Below are positions 12,267 to 25,100 of a stretch of 64,000 nt of DNA, in pieces. A model generated the notes under the pieces. That model was not told the DNA's origin, ran no database searches, and was given only the letters and a program-made list of their open reading frames with translations. Every line of letters starts with the position of its first letter. Positions within the stretch are counted from its first letter, which is position 1. A program made the translations under genes and the position numbers. Source of the DNA: Tubiluchus corallicola (lineage: Eukaryota; Animalia; Priapulida); the NCBI GenBank assembly GCA_030141605.1, contig JAQGDQ010000901.1:18128-82127 (forward strand), given 5' to 3'.

Positions 12267-15200
12267 ATGAGTTTTCCATTTTATAAACCTCCAAATTTTT
12301 ATTATCCGGTCAGTATAACTTTGACCGTCATTGGAGGAACAGTTCTTTTAAGGTAGAGTTCCTCGCTAGTAGCTGGTTGCTATTGCTTCATGTCATGAGC
12401 ACCTTATCCCTTATGCAAAGAAATGGAATAAGGTATTCATGGGCGAAGTCACTTTATCATCATTGAGTGGCATTAACGCCTTTGACATTAGATAACTTGC
12501 ATTTAGTATAATAAATACCGATTTTACTTTTTTGCTTGAAATTTTTACTAATCTATGTTATAGTTAATAATTACTAATGCTTGCAATTAATTAATTAAAT
12601 TTCTACCAATCAGCTAAATAATTTGCGACAGTACTGTAGGTGTGTTATACAGGCATTGGTTAGTTAAACTGAACTTCTTGCCATAAATAGCCGTACATTG
12701 TGGGTGTAATTCATGTGATATACGCATATAATTGAAAAAGTCGCTTGACACCTCAATATTTAGATCTTTGAAAATCAGGCTGTAACTGCCTTTTTGAATT
12801 ATTTGCTGTAGCCTGGTTTTCATCCAAACTTTTAACTTTTTCTTCTCCAATTTCTTCTGTTTTAACCATTCAAGCCGAAGCTAGCCATCCAACAAAGTAC
12901 GTCTGCATATTGTCGCCATAATTTGATTGACAGCCCTTGCAAAATAGTTATTGCCAGAGTTTGATGGAGTAAAGTTTGATGTCAGTTTTTCGGCTGATAA
13001 TTTTTGTTTGTTAGTTTTAATTTGACATTTTAAAAACTGATCTTGTGAACAGACCATTAGACAGTCGACTAGGCTGAATGTGAAAAAGCTTGGTCGCTTG
13101 AAAAATTAACAGAAAAGGGTTAAAAACACAAAAAAATGAAGTAGTTGCCAGGTTTTCGTACAAACAATATAAATCAAAAGAAATGTTTAGAAAATTAATT
13201 TTAAAAGGTGATTTCTGATATATATTCCAGAGCATTTTGTACTAAGGAATCCATTTCTGTTACTTTTATTTTAAAAATGACCAGTACACAAAACAAAATT
13301 ATGCCAGTTATGCATTTATATTAGCTGTTCTATCTAAAGATTTAGAATAAAAAACAAAAAGCAAATTATTTTTATCACTTCATCCTTGTTGGACCTTGAA
13401 AAGGAAGCAAAGCAACTTAAACAGTCCGACAAACAAAAATAAAAATGGCCGCAGGATCCCAACATAATTGTCTAGCAGAATGGCAAAAAGCTATCTCATG
13501 TCGCTTGAAAGCTACTAAACTTTGCACAATGCTAAAGTCCATCAAGGTGGTTAATTTTGGATACGAGGCCATTTAAAAAACATCTAATATGATTGCCATT
13601 TCCAAGATGGATGTCAAGATCTGAACTATAAAGCAGAGTTAACGAAAGTAACTTACTTTTTGTTTTTTATAAGAAATCTTTAGGTGAAACACTGATGGAA
13701 TTGCACAATTAAGCATAATTTCATTTTGTGTGGTGGCCATTTTTCAAGCGAAAGTAACAGAAATGCATTGCTTAGGCCCATCTAACCTGGAATAAATGTC
13801 GTAATAATCACTTCTTAATAACAACTTTAGAACTGGAAATTTTTTTGATTTATATAGTTTACGCAAAAACTTGGTGGCCATTTTGTTTTTTGCGTATTTG
13901 ACCCTTTTCCACTAATATTTCAAGCTGGCAACAGCTTTTTTTGATTCAGTATAGACTAACTTTGCCCAACTAATGTTGCCCACCTTTGGAAAGCGCCCCA
14001 GAACTTTATTGTTCTCGCCTTTTCAGGGATTTTCTTCTAGTCTAGAAGGACTTTGTAAAGAGATATTGCTATCTTGGCTTATTTAATCCATGTAGAGGTT
14101 GCAAAGTATTTCATCTATGTGAATATTTTAATGAATAGATATGTTGAGATATTTTGTATTATTTTTACAATTGCCATAACTATAAATAAAAAACTTTTGG
14201 GGTGTATAAGAAAAGAAATGAAAAATATTCCTGATAAATGAAAAAGTGAAAACTTACTCAAATTTTAAGCATTTTTGTACAATGTGAAAATACTATTGAC
14301 AGAAAGCTTCATTGTCTATTTCGGAGATATAGCCATTGTTGGTCTGCCATTAAGCTTCATTGTCTATTTCAGAGATATATTCATTGTTGGTCCGCCATTT
14401 AAAGGAAAAGAGCGACTTGAAGGTCGTACTGTAATTATAACTGGTGCTAATTCTGGCATTGGAAAAGGGACTGCAGAATCTTTAGCAGAAAGAGGTGAAT
14501 CATTAAACTAATGTTGCAAGGTTTTTGTGCAATTTGAAATAAAACTTTTAGCATTTATTTTGCAAGTGGATTCTTCACTATATTTTTCTAGGCGCTCGGG
14601 TGATCTTAGCGTGCCGGAACATTGAAGATGGCAAAAGAGTGAGAGAAGAACTAATCAGAAAGACTCGGAACACTCAAATAGCATTGAGGAAACTCGACCT
14701 GTCTTCAATAAAATCTATTAAAAATTTTGCTAATTTGATAAATGAAAGTAGGTTTATATTTTCAAGTTCAAATGCATGTACATGTGCGTGTGTTGGTTTT
14801 TAAGCTTTCATTTATGATTTTTTATTTCTCAATGTTTGAAACGTATAAGGAGTAGAGTCCTGTGAGATAGGTCAGCTGAAACTAATGTTGCTGCTTTGTA
14901 GACTTGCTTTATTTTCAAAGCCGCTGATATAAAAGTTTTTGTTGCTTTTAAATTCATAATATTGTCAACTTGTTATAATTTTGGTTTTCGCTGTCGCAGT
15001 TTGACTTTGGTTGCTGTGCATCTACATCCTTGCACTTAATTTTGATGAAGTTCACATATGATGCATAGAAAGCAAAAGGTAAAGAAGGTTGTACTTCTTA
15101 GGAACGTCTATTATTTATAGTCTTAATATTACGATTATTAATAATGATGTTTCAAGCGCACTGTTAATTGAAATTTAAAGCCAAACTTTAGAAAAAGAAA

Positions 15201-18200
15201 ATTATTGAAAGGAGGTGCACGGCATGTGTTTGAACCACTGACTTAGGAAGATGACATAACTGCTAGACTGCAGTGTTCCCTAGCAATTATGTCAGTGCAA
15301 AGTTCATCCGTTGTAGTTATAACTGGCCAGCCAGTTCAGCAGTTCCAAAGTTAGATAATTCATGCCAGAGTGTACTGAAATGGCTGATTCTAACTATCTT
15401 TTTCACATTTCCTGTTTTCTGAAGTTTGGTATTGACTTTGAGTTATTTGTGGGTTTGTATCATCATTGTTTCTATTCAGCCTTTGTCAGGTTGTTTCCTA
15501 TGAGTCTCATGAAGGACTGGTCAATAGTAGTCATACTTATCTAGCTCTCAAATGAAATAAAGTGAAGTAAAAGCAAAAGTTCTGTTTGTTTTATTTTTGC
15601 TGTTTGGTGTCAAAGAATACAGGCAGGGTGATGTAAGTTAATTGCCTTTGAGCAATTCAGCATTTTATTTTATTTTAGAGGAGGAAAGGGTTGATGTTTT
15701 AATCAATAATGCTGGAGTAATGCGCCTTCCAAAACGGGAACTCACGCTAGATGGTTTTGAACAGCATTTAGGTGTCAATTATTTAGGTAAAGTATAGACC
15801 CTAAATTAAGTTTTTGCTTAATTGTAACATGTACTATATCCAACTAATAATTAATTCTTTTAATTAGTTTTGCGAAAAGATCCAAATGGCAACACAATTT
15901 CTTTTAGATTCCATGAAGCATTTTGGCATTCTGCAAGTCAGGAATCAGGATCCAGCACTCATCAGTCCACTCATCACTGATGGTTGTGGAAAGACAGGAA
16001 ACTTAGCTGATTATCAAAGATAATCCACTTGAATGAGACACTGAACAAGCAGGGGTGTATTAGTATCTAATGAAAGATGCAGCACTAAATTGCATTGTTT
16101 GATCAATTTTTCTTTTGCAGGTCATTTTTATCTCACACAGTTGCTACTGGATAAGTTAAAAGACTCATCATCTGCTAATCAACGCAGTCGCATCATCAAT
16201 GTCACATGCAAAAGTCATAGAGTAGGTAAAATAGACTTTGAGAACTTGAATTCGGAGCACAAGTATGACCCCGGGGAAGCCTATAATCAAAGCAAACTGG
16301 CTCTTGTATTATTTAGCATTGCTTTACACAAGCAATTAAAAGGTAATAATAAGTCAGTATGCATGTTTTATAAGCATATTTCTTTAATTGTTCATTTTTA
16401 AGTATGATTATTTAATTCTTTTTACCCATTTTATTTGAGGTTGCGAGGCACTGTTTCAATTTTTATTTGTAAAGTAGAAAGCAAATGCAATCACTTTTAA
16501 AGATTATTATTATATAGATAGCTAATTAATCTGGATCTTGGACTTGAATTGTTAATGCCCCCATCCTCTATAATTGATGTAGACTGTGTCGTGCTGACAA
16601 AAGGTATAACAGTAGAATACACTTTAAACATATTGATATAGAAGTTTCCACAGAAATATAGGTAAAATGATGTCTGCATATAATGTCTTGTAAAAGCCAA
16701 CTGGTAGTACAGAATACATGTATAACAAAACTACAGCAACTGTTCACTATTAGGTTAAGCCTATTTTTTGAATAGGTAACACATAGATAGAAGCCATGTT
16801 TACTACAGTAATGACGGTTTTACAGGTTATTAATCTAATTGCAAATTAAATGTATTTTTTATGATTTTCGGTCGTTCACAACGACAGGCTGATATTAAGT
16901 ATTTGAGAGTATTGAAGTGATTACTGATTGCAGCCTGTTGCTGCATACCTTGATATTATGTAGTATGAATCACACGGTGCTCTACCCCTTCACAGGTTGA
17001 AAATCTTACAATAGTGAACTCACAGTTATGTAGTGGCTTTTTGTGTATGCATTGTATGCCCTCTAATTTAAAAACAAATTACCATGTGAAAAGCACTTGT
17101 AAATCTTTCTGATAATTAACTGTTGTGGCTAATATTTATTAACATTTTATGTTAAAATTGTATTTTAACATCGGTTAACTATTTATGTTTTATGAAGCCA
17201 TCACACTGTGCAGTGACATGGCTGTTTGCATTCACGGTTGTCCAATGTGGAAGCACTCACATTACAATTTCATACAGGGCGCTTGAAGGTGTGGCTTAAT
17301 AGAAACTTGTCCAATCACAATTAGTGACTGCATTGTTTTTTCCCGGGCCTGTTCGCTTGAGAAACGCCGAAGTTCATTCAACTTGAGTTTTCACTGCCCA
17401 ACTACACGTGAATGTCTACGTGCATGATGTGGTTTGTTTGAGCCATTGTGTAATACATACTGTAGTTGATCGAGTTCTGTAGCTGCCGCAGAGTGCTAGA
17501 TCATAATTGACGTGGTGTTTACGGTTTTTGCCAATTACTGTATTGTTCAGATTTTTCATTGCATTATTTTCAGTTTTCAGTGCGTCAGTATTTTTATTGC
17601 TTTAATATAGTCATTCAATCCTAGCGATTTTAGCGCAGTGTTAATGCAGCAGGTTATATCAAGTCATGCAAAATAGTTGTTGGATTCTATCCCGACTACT
17701 TTAATCAACATTGAATCATCTGGGTATTAAATTAACAATATTACTCATTTACTGTGGAGTTCTTAAAAAGACGATACATGGATTTTGGCTACAAGTAAGT
17801 CTAGCTATTAGTAAATCTAGAGTTGGACTTCAGTATGGGAGAAGTATATGTGTGGTAAACATTTGTTTCACATGAATCATGTCATTTACTTTTTTTTACA
17901 GATCAACTTACAGTTCTTGTAATTAGCTAGGATATATGGGTTAGCTTTATAACAATGTACGGTGATATATGCGATAGACTGCATCATTGAAATAAAGCCT
18001 GTCTTTTGGTGTGACACAATTTTCGAATTATACTAAGAAAAATTTGATCGGTCAGGCACCCTATCTATTAAGTGAGATTTTACTGATAACCTCCCTTTCT
18101 CCCGATTTTCCGCCAACTGTTACCACAACATAAACATAGCGTAATATGTTATGTAAATACAGTGAGATAGAATCTCCCTTTGCAGGAAGTAAAATCACTC

Positions 18201-21200
18201 ATTGACTTTGCTAGACAAGTCGAAAAAAAATTTCTGGAATGCATCAGATAGCACAGAGAGTGTGGTGTGCCACTGCACTTAGCTGCTCTAATGCAATGCA
18301 GCAGACTAGGCTATATTCTGTGATTCATGCAAGGCTTTGGGCTTATGAAGCCACAAAGTTTGGGAACCTTCATTTATGGCTTCTGATAAAAGACAACCAA
18401 GTCTTAATAAATTTTTAGTGCTACGGCAACCAAATATTAGATATGTTATGACACATGAGCAATATTTTTACTGAAAGGTTTACAGCAATCTTGTAACTTA
18501 TTTGCACATTCGAACAAAAAGCCAGAAAGATCTTCCTAAGTATCTAGGAAAGATACATTACAAATGTATAATTGTAATGATGATAAAATATGTAAATTCA
18601 GGAACCTTTTCCTTTCCAAGTTAGAATTCCAGGTTTGGTTGTATTACTTTGTGTTTCAACATTACCAATAAATCAATTTTGTGTGATTTTCAGGCTTTGT
18701 ATGACTAAGTTGGTGAATTTACATGAACTAATTGCTGAGTGCAGAATTTAAAACCTTTAAAGAGACAGTTTATTAACATATGAATAGCTTAACATTTTCC
18801 TAAGATGATAATGAATAAAAATTGTGTTTATTTTAATTTATTTAAATTTTATTTTAACACATTAAATAGAGTGTATTTATTTAATTGGGTTAGTTATAGT
18901 TCTTGGCTCTGTTCTCAGTACATTCCTGGATGTTTTCTTCCACTGTGTGTAAATTTCTGTCAATAGATAAGCCTAGTTAGTTTAGAGGTCACTTATCTAT
19001 CTCTAATGTAAACAGCTATTATTATTATTTTGCTGCACGTGTTACTGTAGAAATGTCATTTATTTGAATGTATTAATTGTAGCAAGATTTTAGGGAACGT
19101 TGACCAACAGTTATTTATCTCTGCTCATCTCTAATTTTTTATCACATAATAATACCACATCAGTAGTGTTTTATCTGTACCAGAATTGTTGTTTTGGTAA
19201 ATATTGGTTTGCTATATTAATATAGTAGGTAAAAACTTGATTGTACAATACTTTCTCAAATATTTTAGATAGACTCTGAATGACAGAAAAGGATTGAGAC
19301 CTGAACTTTGTTGATTCATTTGTAGGGCCGCTGAATTTCAAATAGCTACAATGAGTACAATCTATAGTAACATTAGCTACAAAAGTTAGTGATAAATTTA
19401 CCTAAAAACAGACTTATTATAACTGCATTTTTCATGTTTCAAGTTTGCGCACCAGAATTTATTTCTCATTTAAGGCCTCCAAAACACCCTTAAATGGAGG
19501 AAAATGCATTGGTTTACCCGCCCCATTGGAGAGGTTACAGTCACCCAGACCGCATTTTTCATGTTTCAAGTTTGTACACCAGAATTTATATCTCACTATA
19601 TACCTCCAAAACACTCCTAATTGGAGGAAAATGCATTGGTGTACCGTAGGAGAGGTTACAGTGCTCATGCAGACTGCCTAGCTGCTTGCATACGTTGTTC
19701 CACAGTCCACGAGTTATGTTCATTTGATTGCAGATGCTGGCGTAAACGTGTACACAGTTGATCCAGGTCAAACTCGATCTAACCTAGGACGACATTTAGA
19801 CATGCGCACTTTCTTCTTATCTCGGTAAAAAATTAAAACTTTAAAAATTTTATCTTCACTTTAATTGTCTCTTGCTTTTGTAGACTGAGCTGCAAAGTAT
19901 TTAGTTATCTTTAGTGTTAAAGCTTATGGAAGAGGTAAAGATTGTGTGAAATTTGTATACGACTGTATTAGTAACTTGCTTTACTGTGCAGGTGGCTTGT
20001 GGAGCCAGCTCTAAAGTTTTTCCAGAAATCACCAATCCAAGCTAGTCGTACAACAACATATGCGGCAGTAGGAGCGGATCTCGAGAAGAAAGGAGGGACG
20101 TATATTTTGTGAGTTCTATCTGGCTTTCTACGTCTCAGTTTATTCAAAACTACGTCTCAGTTTATTCAAAATAAATATTTACTCGACTTAAATAACTTAT
20201 AATTTAAGGATACAAGCAACTAAGTTTACTAACAAAGTGACTGTGGCAAATCTCCTGCCATTAATGTTAGTATGAAGATGAAATTCTTGTGTGCGTTACA
20301 CTGTATCAGCCGGCAACCTGAAAACAAAAAAGGTGCTGCTACATTTTGGGTGAAACTCATAATTATAATTGCAAAACTATGTTACGGGAAGTTGTGCATG
20401 CTAGTAAGTACATAGTAAAGTGGCCAACATTTATTTTTCTAACAAGCTTGGAGCTCTAACCAAGCTAGGTAACAGAACATTTTTTGAATTTTTTTAACGT
20501 TAACCTTTAAGAGATCATAATTAGTAGGTATTAATATGTCTGTGTGTTAATAATTTATAAGCACCTCTGTTTTCTGCAGTAATCTTTGCTAGGTAAAAAG
20601 ACCCAGTTATAATTGACATTCACTAGTTCATTTCCTTGTCTTTTGTTGCACCACTTTTGATAATTTGGCTGATCCAGTACTGGCACTCATCGAATTTTGT
20701 GTTCAAAAGTAAGGATATTTAGCCAATCAAGTCAGATGGTTTGTTCAAAGAAAATTGTCACAAAGTATCGAAATGGGACAATAATTATTAGTCATAGTTC
20801 TATCACCAGATTTGAATAAAGATATTACTGCAGTCTTCTTAAGATAGTCAGGTACAACACCAGAAGATTTTTATTAATTAGTATTATTAATTATTAATGA
20901 AGTATTTTTAAGTGAGGGAATGGGAACAACACACAATGAATAATATTATCAGATACAACTTTAGAGGAAAATTTAAAAGCATTTGTACTTCTACTAGAAT
21001 GTCATCAGGAGAAACGGGCTGGAAAAAGAAAGAATTACTGTAGTTATCATTATCTACCGTTTTATGGTAGCGCTGATGGCCAGCCCTTTGTAGCTGTTGA
21101 TTGTATCCCACTGCAACTGTCGATTTATATTGTTGGCAAAATCTAAACTGATTTGAAATTGTTATGGAAAGGATATAAAATTAACTAACTAGAATTCAGA

Positions 21201-21583
21201 AATTCAAAATGAATGACAAATACACAAGAACAGCGTCTTTTGATTTGCAGTAGCTTGTGTATACAAAAAATAGCCTCTATCCAACAGCTTTAAAACATGT
21301 GCACTACTATGTAAACTATATATTTTTTGCTCTGAACCTACCTATGAATTTTATGACTTATTTTCATTTATGGTACTAACATTGCAAACAAGTAGGAACA
21401 CAGTGTCATTGCAGTACTCTCATATCTTTTCTTTCCTGTTACAGTCGCTGCGATGTTATAGAACCGGTTAATGTTGATAGCATGAGAAAGAAAGGAAAAG
21501 AAGCAAACCAGTTATGGCTTGTCAGTGAGAAGTGGATAGCATCGGGCTTAACTGAGCCTCAGCCATTGGTCAAAAAAGAGTGA
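12267..21583 (+). CDS. Retinol dehydrogenase 11/12/13-like short-chain dehydrogenase/reductase, paralogue A (~346 aa, 8 coding exons)
   Basis: Exons 12267-12352, 14373-14494, 14592-14747, 15679-15786, 16121-16342, 19734-19824, 19992-20108, 21445-21583. All introns GT-AG, phases consistent, total 1041 nt. N-terminal hydrophobic anchor, [21 protein letters not shown] (YxxxK), VDPG. Confidence 0.88.
12690..13060 (-). mobile_element. PIF/Harbinger transposon remnant in SDR-A intron 1
   Basis: The ORF 12614-12850 peptide VWMKTRL...[10 protein letters not shown]...DFFNYMRIS resembles the N-terminus of Harbinger transposases. A TAA-TGGTCTGTTCACA end-like motif lies at ~13045-13060 (minus). Confidence 0.5.
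14304..14399 (+). repeat. 48-bp tandem duplication spanning the SDR-A exon 2 splice acceptor
   Basis: AAGCTTCATTGTCTATTTC[GG]AGATAT...GCCATT is followed by AAGCTTCATTGTCTATTTC[AG]AGATAT...GCCATT. Confidence 0.9.
17225..18740 (+). repeat. Dispersed ~1.3-1.5 kb repeat, copy 1 (probable non-autonomous DNA transposon)
   Basis: Colinear, diverged similarity to 52149-53450, e.g. CTTGAAGG.GTGGCTTAAT.GAAACTTGTCCAATCAC, TTCTCCCGATTT.CCGCCAA, CATTACCAAT.AATCAATTTTGTGTGATTTT. Confidence 0.8.
19425..19675 (+). repeat. Two-copy ~126-bp tandem repeat in SDR-A intron 5
   Basis: GCATTTTTCATGTTTCAAGTTTG..CACCAGAATTTAT...GGAGGAAAATGCATTGGT...GGAGAGGTTACAGT occurs twice. Confidence 0.85.
20700..21130 (-). mobile_element. 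Decayed CR1/L2-group LINE ORF2 fragment
   Basis: Minus-strand peptides [13 protein letters not shown] and NYCPISIL (cf. NYRPISIL), with stops and frameshifts. Confidence 0.5.
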
Positions 21584-22181
21584 TGCAAAGACACTATTAG
21601 GAAATTTTAGTTAAATGGGTCGTGAGGTCAGAATGTGGCAGCATGTTTTATATATTTACATTACGTTCATATTTGCACGATTTTTTGTTATAAAATGCTT
21701 AAGAGAAACCTCCTTTGTTTTAATACCAATTTTGTCTTGTAATTCTCGATGATGCCCTGTACTCACCACTACTCAAAAATATTGTTCTTCGGTAATCTTT
21801 AGAACATTTAAAGATCTTTCAAACAAGAGAACAATCCGCCTAACCTGAACAATATATTAGTCATCATAGAAATTATGCGTAAAAGTTAGGCATTATATAT
21901 AAATTTACAAAATCAGTTTTGGAATTTTTAATGTATGTATATATGTGTAATGTACAATAGAGTAAAAATTATAGCAAATAAGTTGCCTTTACTATTGAAC
22001 TAAGCTGTACATAGGTATTATATTGAAATGTATATACACATCACTTTCTCTGGTTTAAGCACAATTTATGCACATAAGCTACAATTCACGAGTTGTGAAA
22101 ATATTGTAGAAGCTTGGGATCTTTGCTGTATTAGTAAGCTTTCACAGTCCTCATTGTGCAGCACTTACGGGTGCTGTTGAT

Positions 22182-25100
22182 TCATTCGCTTTTTCCTAGG
22201 CCAACCATTTTCATACTGATAGCCCAAAGTTTTTTAGCCACTTCATCGTCCTTGGCTTGGTCTGCAGGTTCTTTCTCTACACAATCACTGTAATTGACAA
22301 TGCAAATATTAGCAATTAAGCACATGTTAACAAAGGCAAATGTTATATCAACTCTGTAGTAAATCACAGTTCATTACTGGTGGTAACACGTTTAGTTATC
22401 TTATGCTGAAACTGTAAAGAGATAAAGAGAAAGGACTCAATACCTCAGAAATACAGTGACATGTGTGCAGTGAAATAGCTTAAGTTTAGTTTGGCTTTTG
22501 AACTGCACAAAGCAGTCTGCAAAAGTGTTAGTCATGAATAAAAAAGTTGACTGAACCAAAAAGAGTGCTGATGTCTCCAATTTGCTTTTGGGAATTGTAT
22601 ATAAAAACTGAATTACTGTCATAATACGTGCAGAATGTTTGATCCTCTGTACCAGTTGATTATATTGCAGAAAAAAGCAAAAACTGGTGTTATATTTTCA
22701 ATTTCTTTAGGATTTATTTAGAATAAACAGACATGTTAATGTGTACAAAAATAATAAAGGGTGTCCACTGTGCACAAAGTCCTTAGACAATTCAATTTTT
22801 TTTTAAATTACAACTGAAGCTAGATACTGCTGGAAATGTTTGCAGAAAATCAGGTGAATGGCAAAGTTTTTGTTCAATTAGAGTATTCTCTCAGAGTATC
22901 AAGATAAATATCCATGTTATTGTCTTTTCGGAAAAGAAAATTATCCAATAACTCTGATACATAACAATACGCATCACACTCAACCTTTCTACTGTCACAT
23001 TCGATTTCCCTAGCAACGTGGGGTTTTCACATCCTAAAGACTGGCATTATGCCTGTTAATCTTTCCAGTCACATGAAAAGTTGCGTCATCGCTAAAGCAA
23101 ATCATGGTTGGGGAAGAGACCGTCATTTCCATTTTTTCCCAGAATGTTAAGCGCACATTCCTTTCGTGTTGGTTTATCATCCGGTTTGAGTGCGTGAATT
23201 AATTGAATTTTTATGCATAAAGTCTTAGATTCCTATGGACGACTTTGCGAATTATTGACCTTGGTACTTGCAGTTGAATGGAAGCAGTACGGATGGAGTT
23301 TGTTGGGCTATGAAAAAATGAATTATGGATACGTTCAATGTCTTCATCAGATGTTGCACACATTCCTTTCTTATTGGTTTATCATCCAGTTTGAGGGCGT
23401 GAATTAATTGAATTTTTATGCATAAAGTCTTAGATTCTTATGGACGACTTTGCAAATTATTGACCTTGGTACTTGCAGTTGAATGGAAGTAGTACGGATG
23501 GAGTTTTTTGGGCTATGAAAAAATGAATTATGGATACGTTCAATGTCTTCATCAGATGTTCTTGGCCTTCCACTCCTCAGTTTATATAGCACCATTCCCG
23601 TTTCCAAAAATTGCCTATGCCAGTTGCGAATTGACTGACGTGCTGGAGCCTGTTTTCCATATTCAGTTGTGTAATTTCTCTGTGTTTGAATGTCAGATTT
23701 TGTGTCGATAAACCAAGAAATGCAGTGTGCTTTTTCTTGTGGAGTAGTCATCTCAAAGAAGGGTTATAAAGAAATCAATAAATCTCTCCCTTTCACTTCT
23801 TCTTTGAAACAAAAACAGGGCATTAATAAAAACTTTAGCAATGACTCAATATTATATAAAAAGAAATATTTTGTTTGCACCTTTCTAACTAATGCTGCAA
23901 TTTTTTAAAATTGTTTAAAGACTTTGTGAACACCCTGTATAAACCGAACACTAACAGCTGCTTATTAGAAGTTATTGTTACCCTCTTGGTAATTTAAATG
24001 ATACACTATACATTATTGTACTTTTCAACTATGTCAATTTGGAAAAAAAAGTGTTGCAGAGTTTACCGAGGAATCCCTTTGAAAATACCTGTAGAATGCA
24101 TGTACCTTTTCTCTACACCTTTTTTTCTACATCAGTCACGTAATGCAAAGCACATAAGATGGAACAAAAAATGCACCTGAAATACTTGCCACTGATGTCA
24201 GCAATTTCATCGGCGATGGCACAAGTGACGGGTGTGTTCATGCCGTCCTTAGCCGTTTTCATGAACAACCATACGAAGGGAAATGTTGTGTACGAAAGAA
24301 ATGAACTCGACCGCAGAGGCATGTGTCGCAGTAGGTTCGTATTACACACACCCGGATGACAGGAATTTGCTACAACATTGGTGCCTGGAAAAGTAAACAG
24401 GTATGAAGAAAGTGATGAAAAAGCCACAATTATTGTATACTATACAATGTACCTAGGCCTAAAACACAACTCGTTTAGTTTTGGTATTTCCTCTTTGTTG
24501 GCTATAAGTTGACCAAAATCTTGGATGAAAAAATGTTGAAGAACAAGGAGACTTACGAATGCCAAATCTTATTAAACTCAAGTGCGTACCATTATTAATA
24601 CGTTAATTACTTTATAGTAATTGTTTCGGTCGCACCTTCTAGTTTTTTAGCCAATTCTCTTGTGAAGAGAATTAACGCTAGTTTGCTCTGAGTGTAAGCT
24701 TCTCTTGGAACATATTCCTGTTCTGCACTGAGGTTGTCAAAGTCAATTCTTCCGGCACCATGAGCGCGACATGAGACATTCACAATTCGTCCATCAGAAC
24801 TCTCTTTGAGCAGATCTAAGAGCAAGTGTGTGAGAAGGAATGCACCTAGATGTACAAAATTTTAAATCTAGTTAGGTGTGTATACCAAATTTAAAAACAA
24901 GACTTTAGTTACAACCTTTGGTATTAGGTATTAAGCCTTTTTAGGCCTAATACCAAAAGAGGGTATTATTGTTGAAATAAGATGCAAAACTAGAACACAA
25001 TATCACCTTAAAATACGTCATGTTATACGTAATCAACATTCATTAAAAAAAGAAAAAATGGCCATTGCGTTAACAAGTACTAATGACGGGGACTTTTGGT

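Noticed and set aside
20148-20171. 22-bp tandem duplication CTACGTCTCAGTTTATTCAAAA (first copy ~20127-20149)
   Set aside because: Ordinary intronic slippage duplication that does not touch the splice site.
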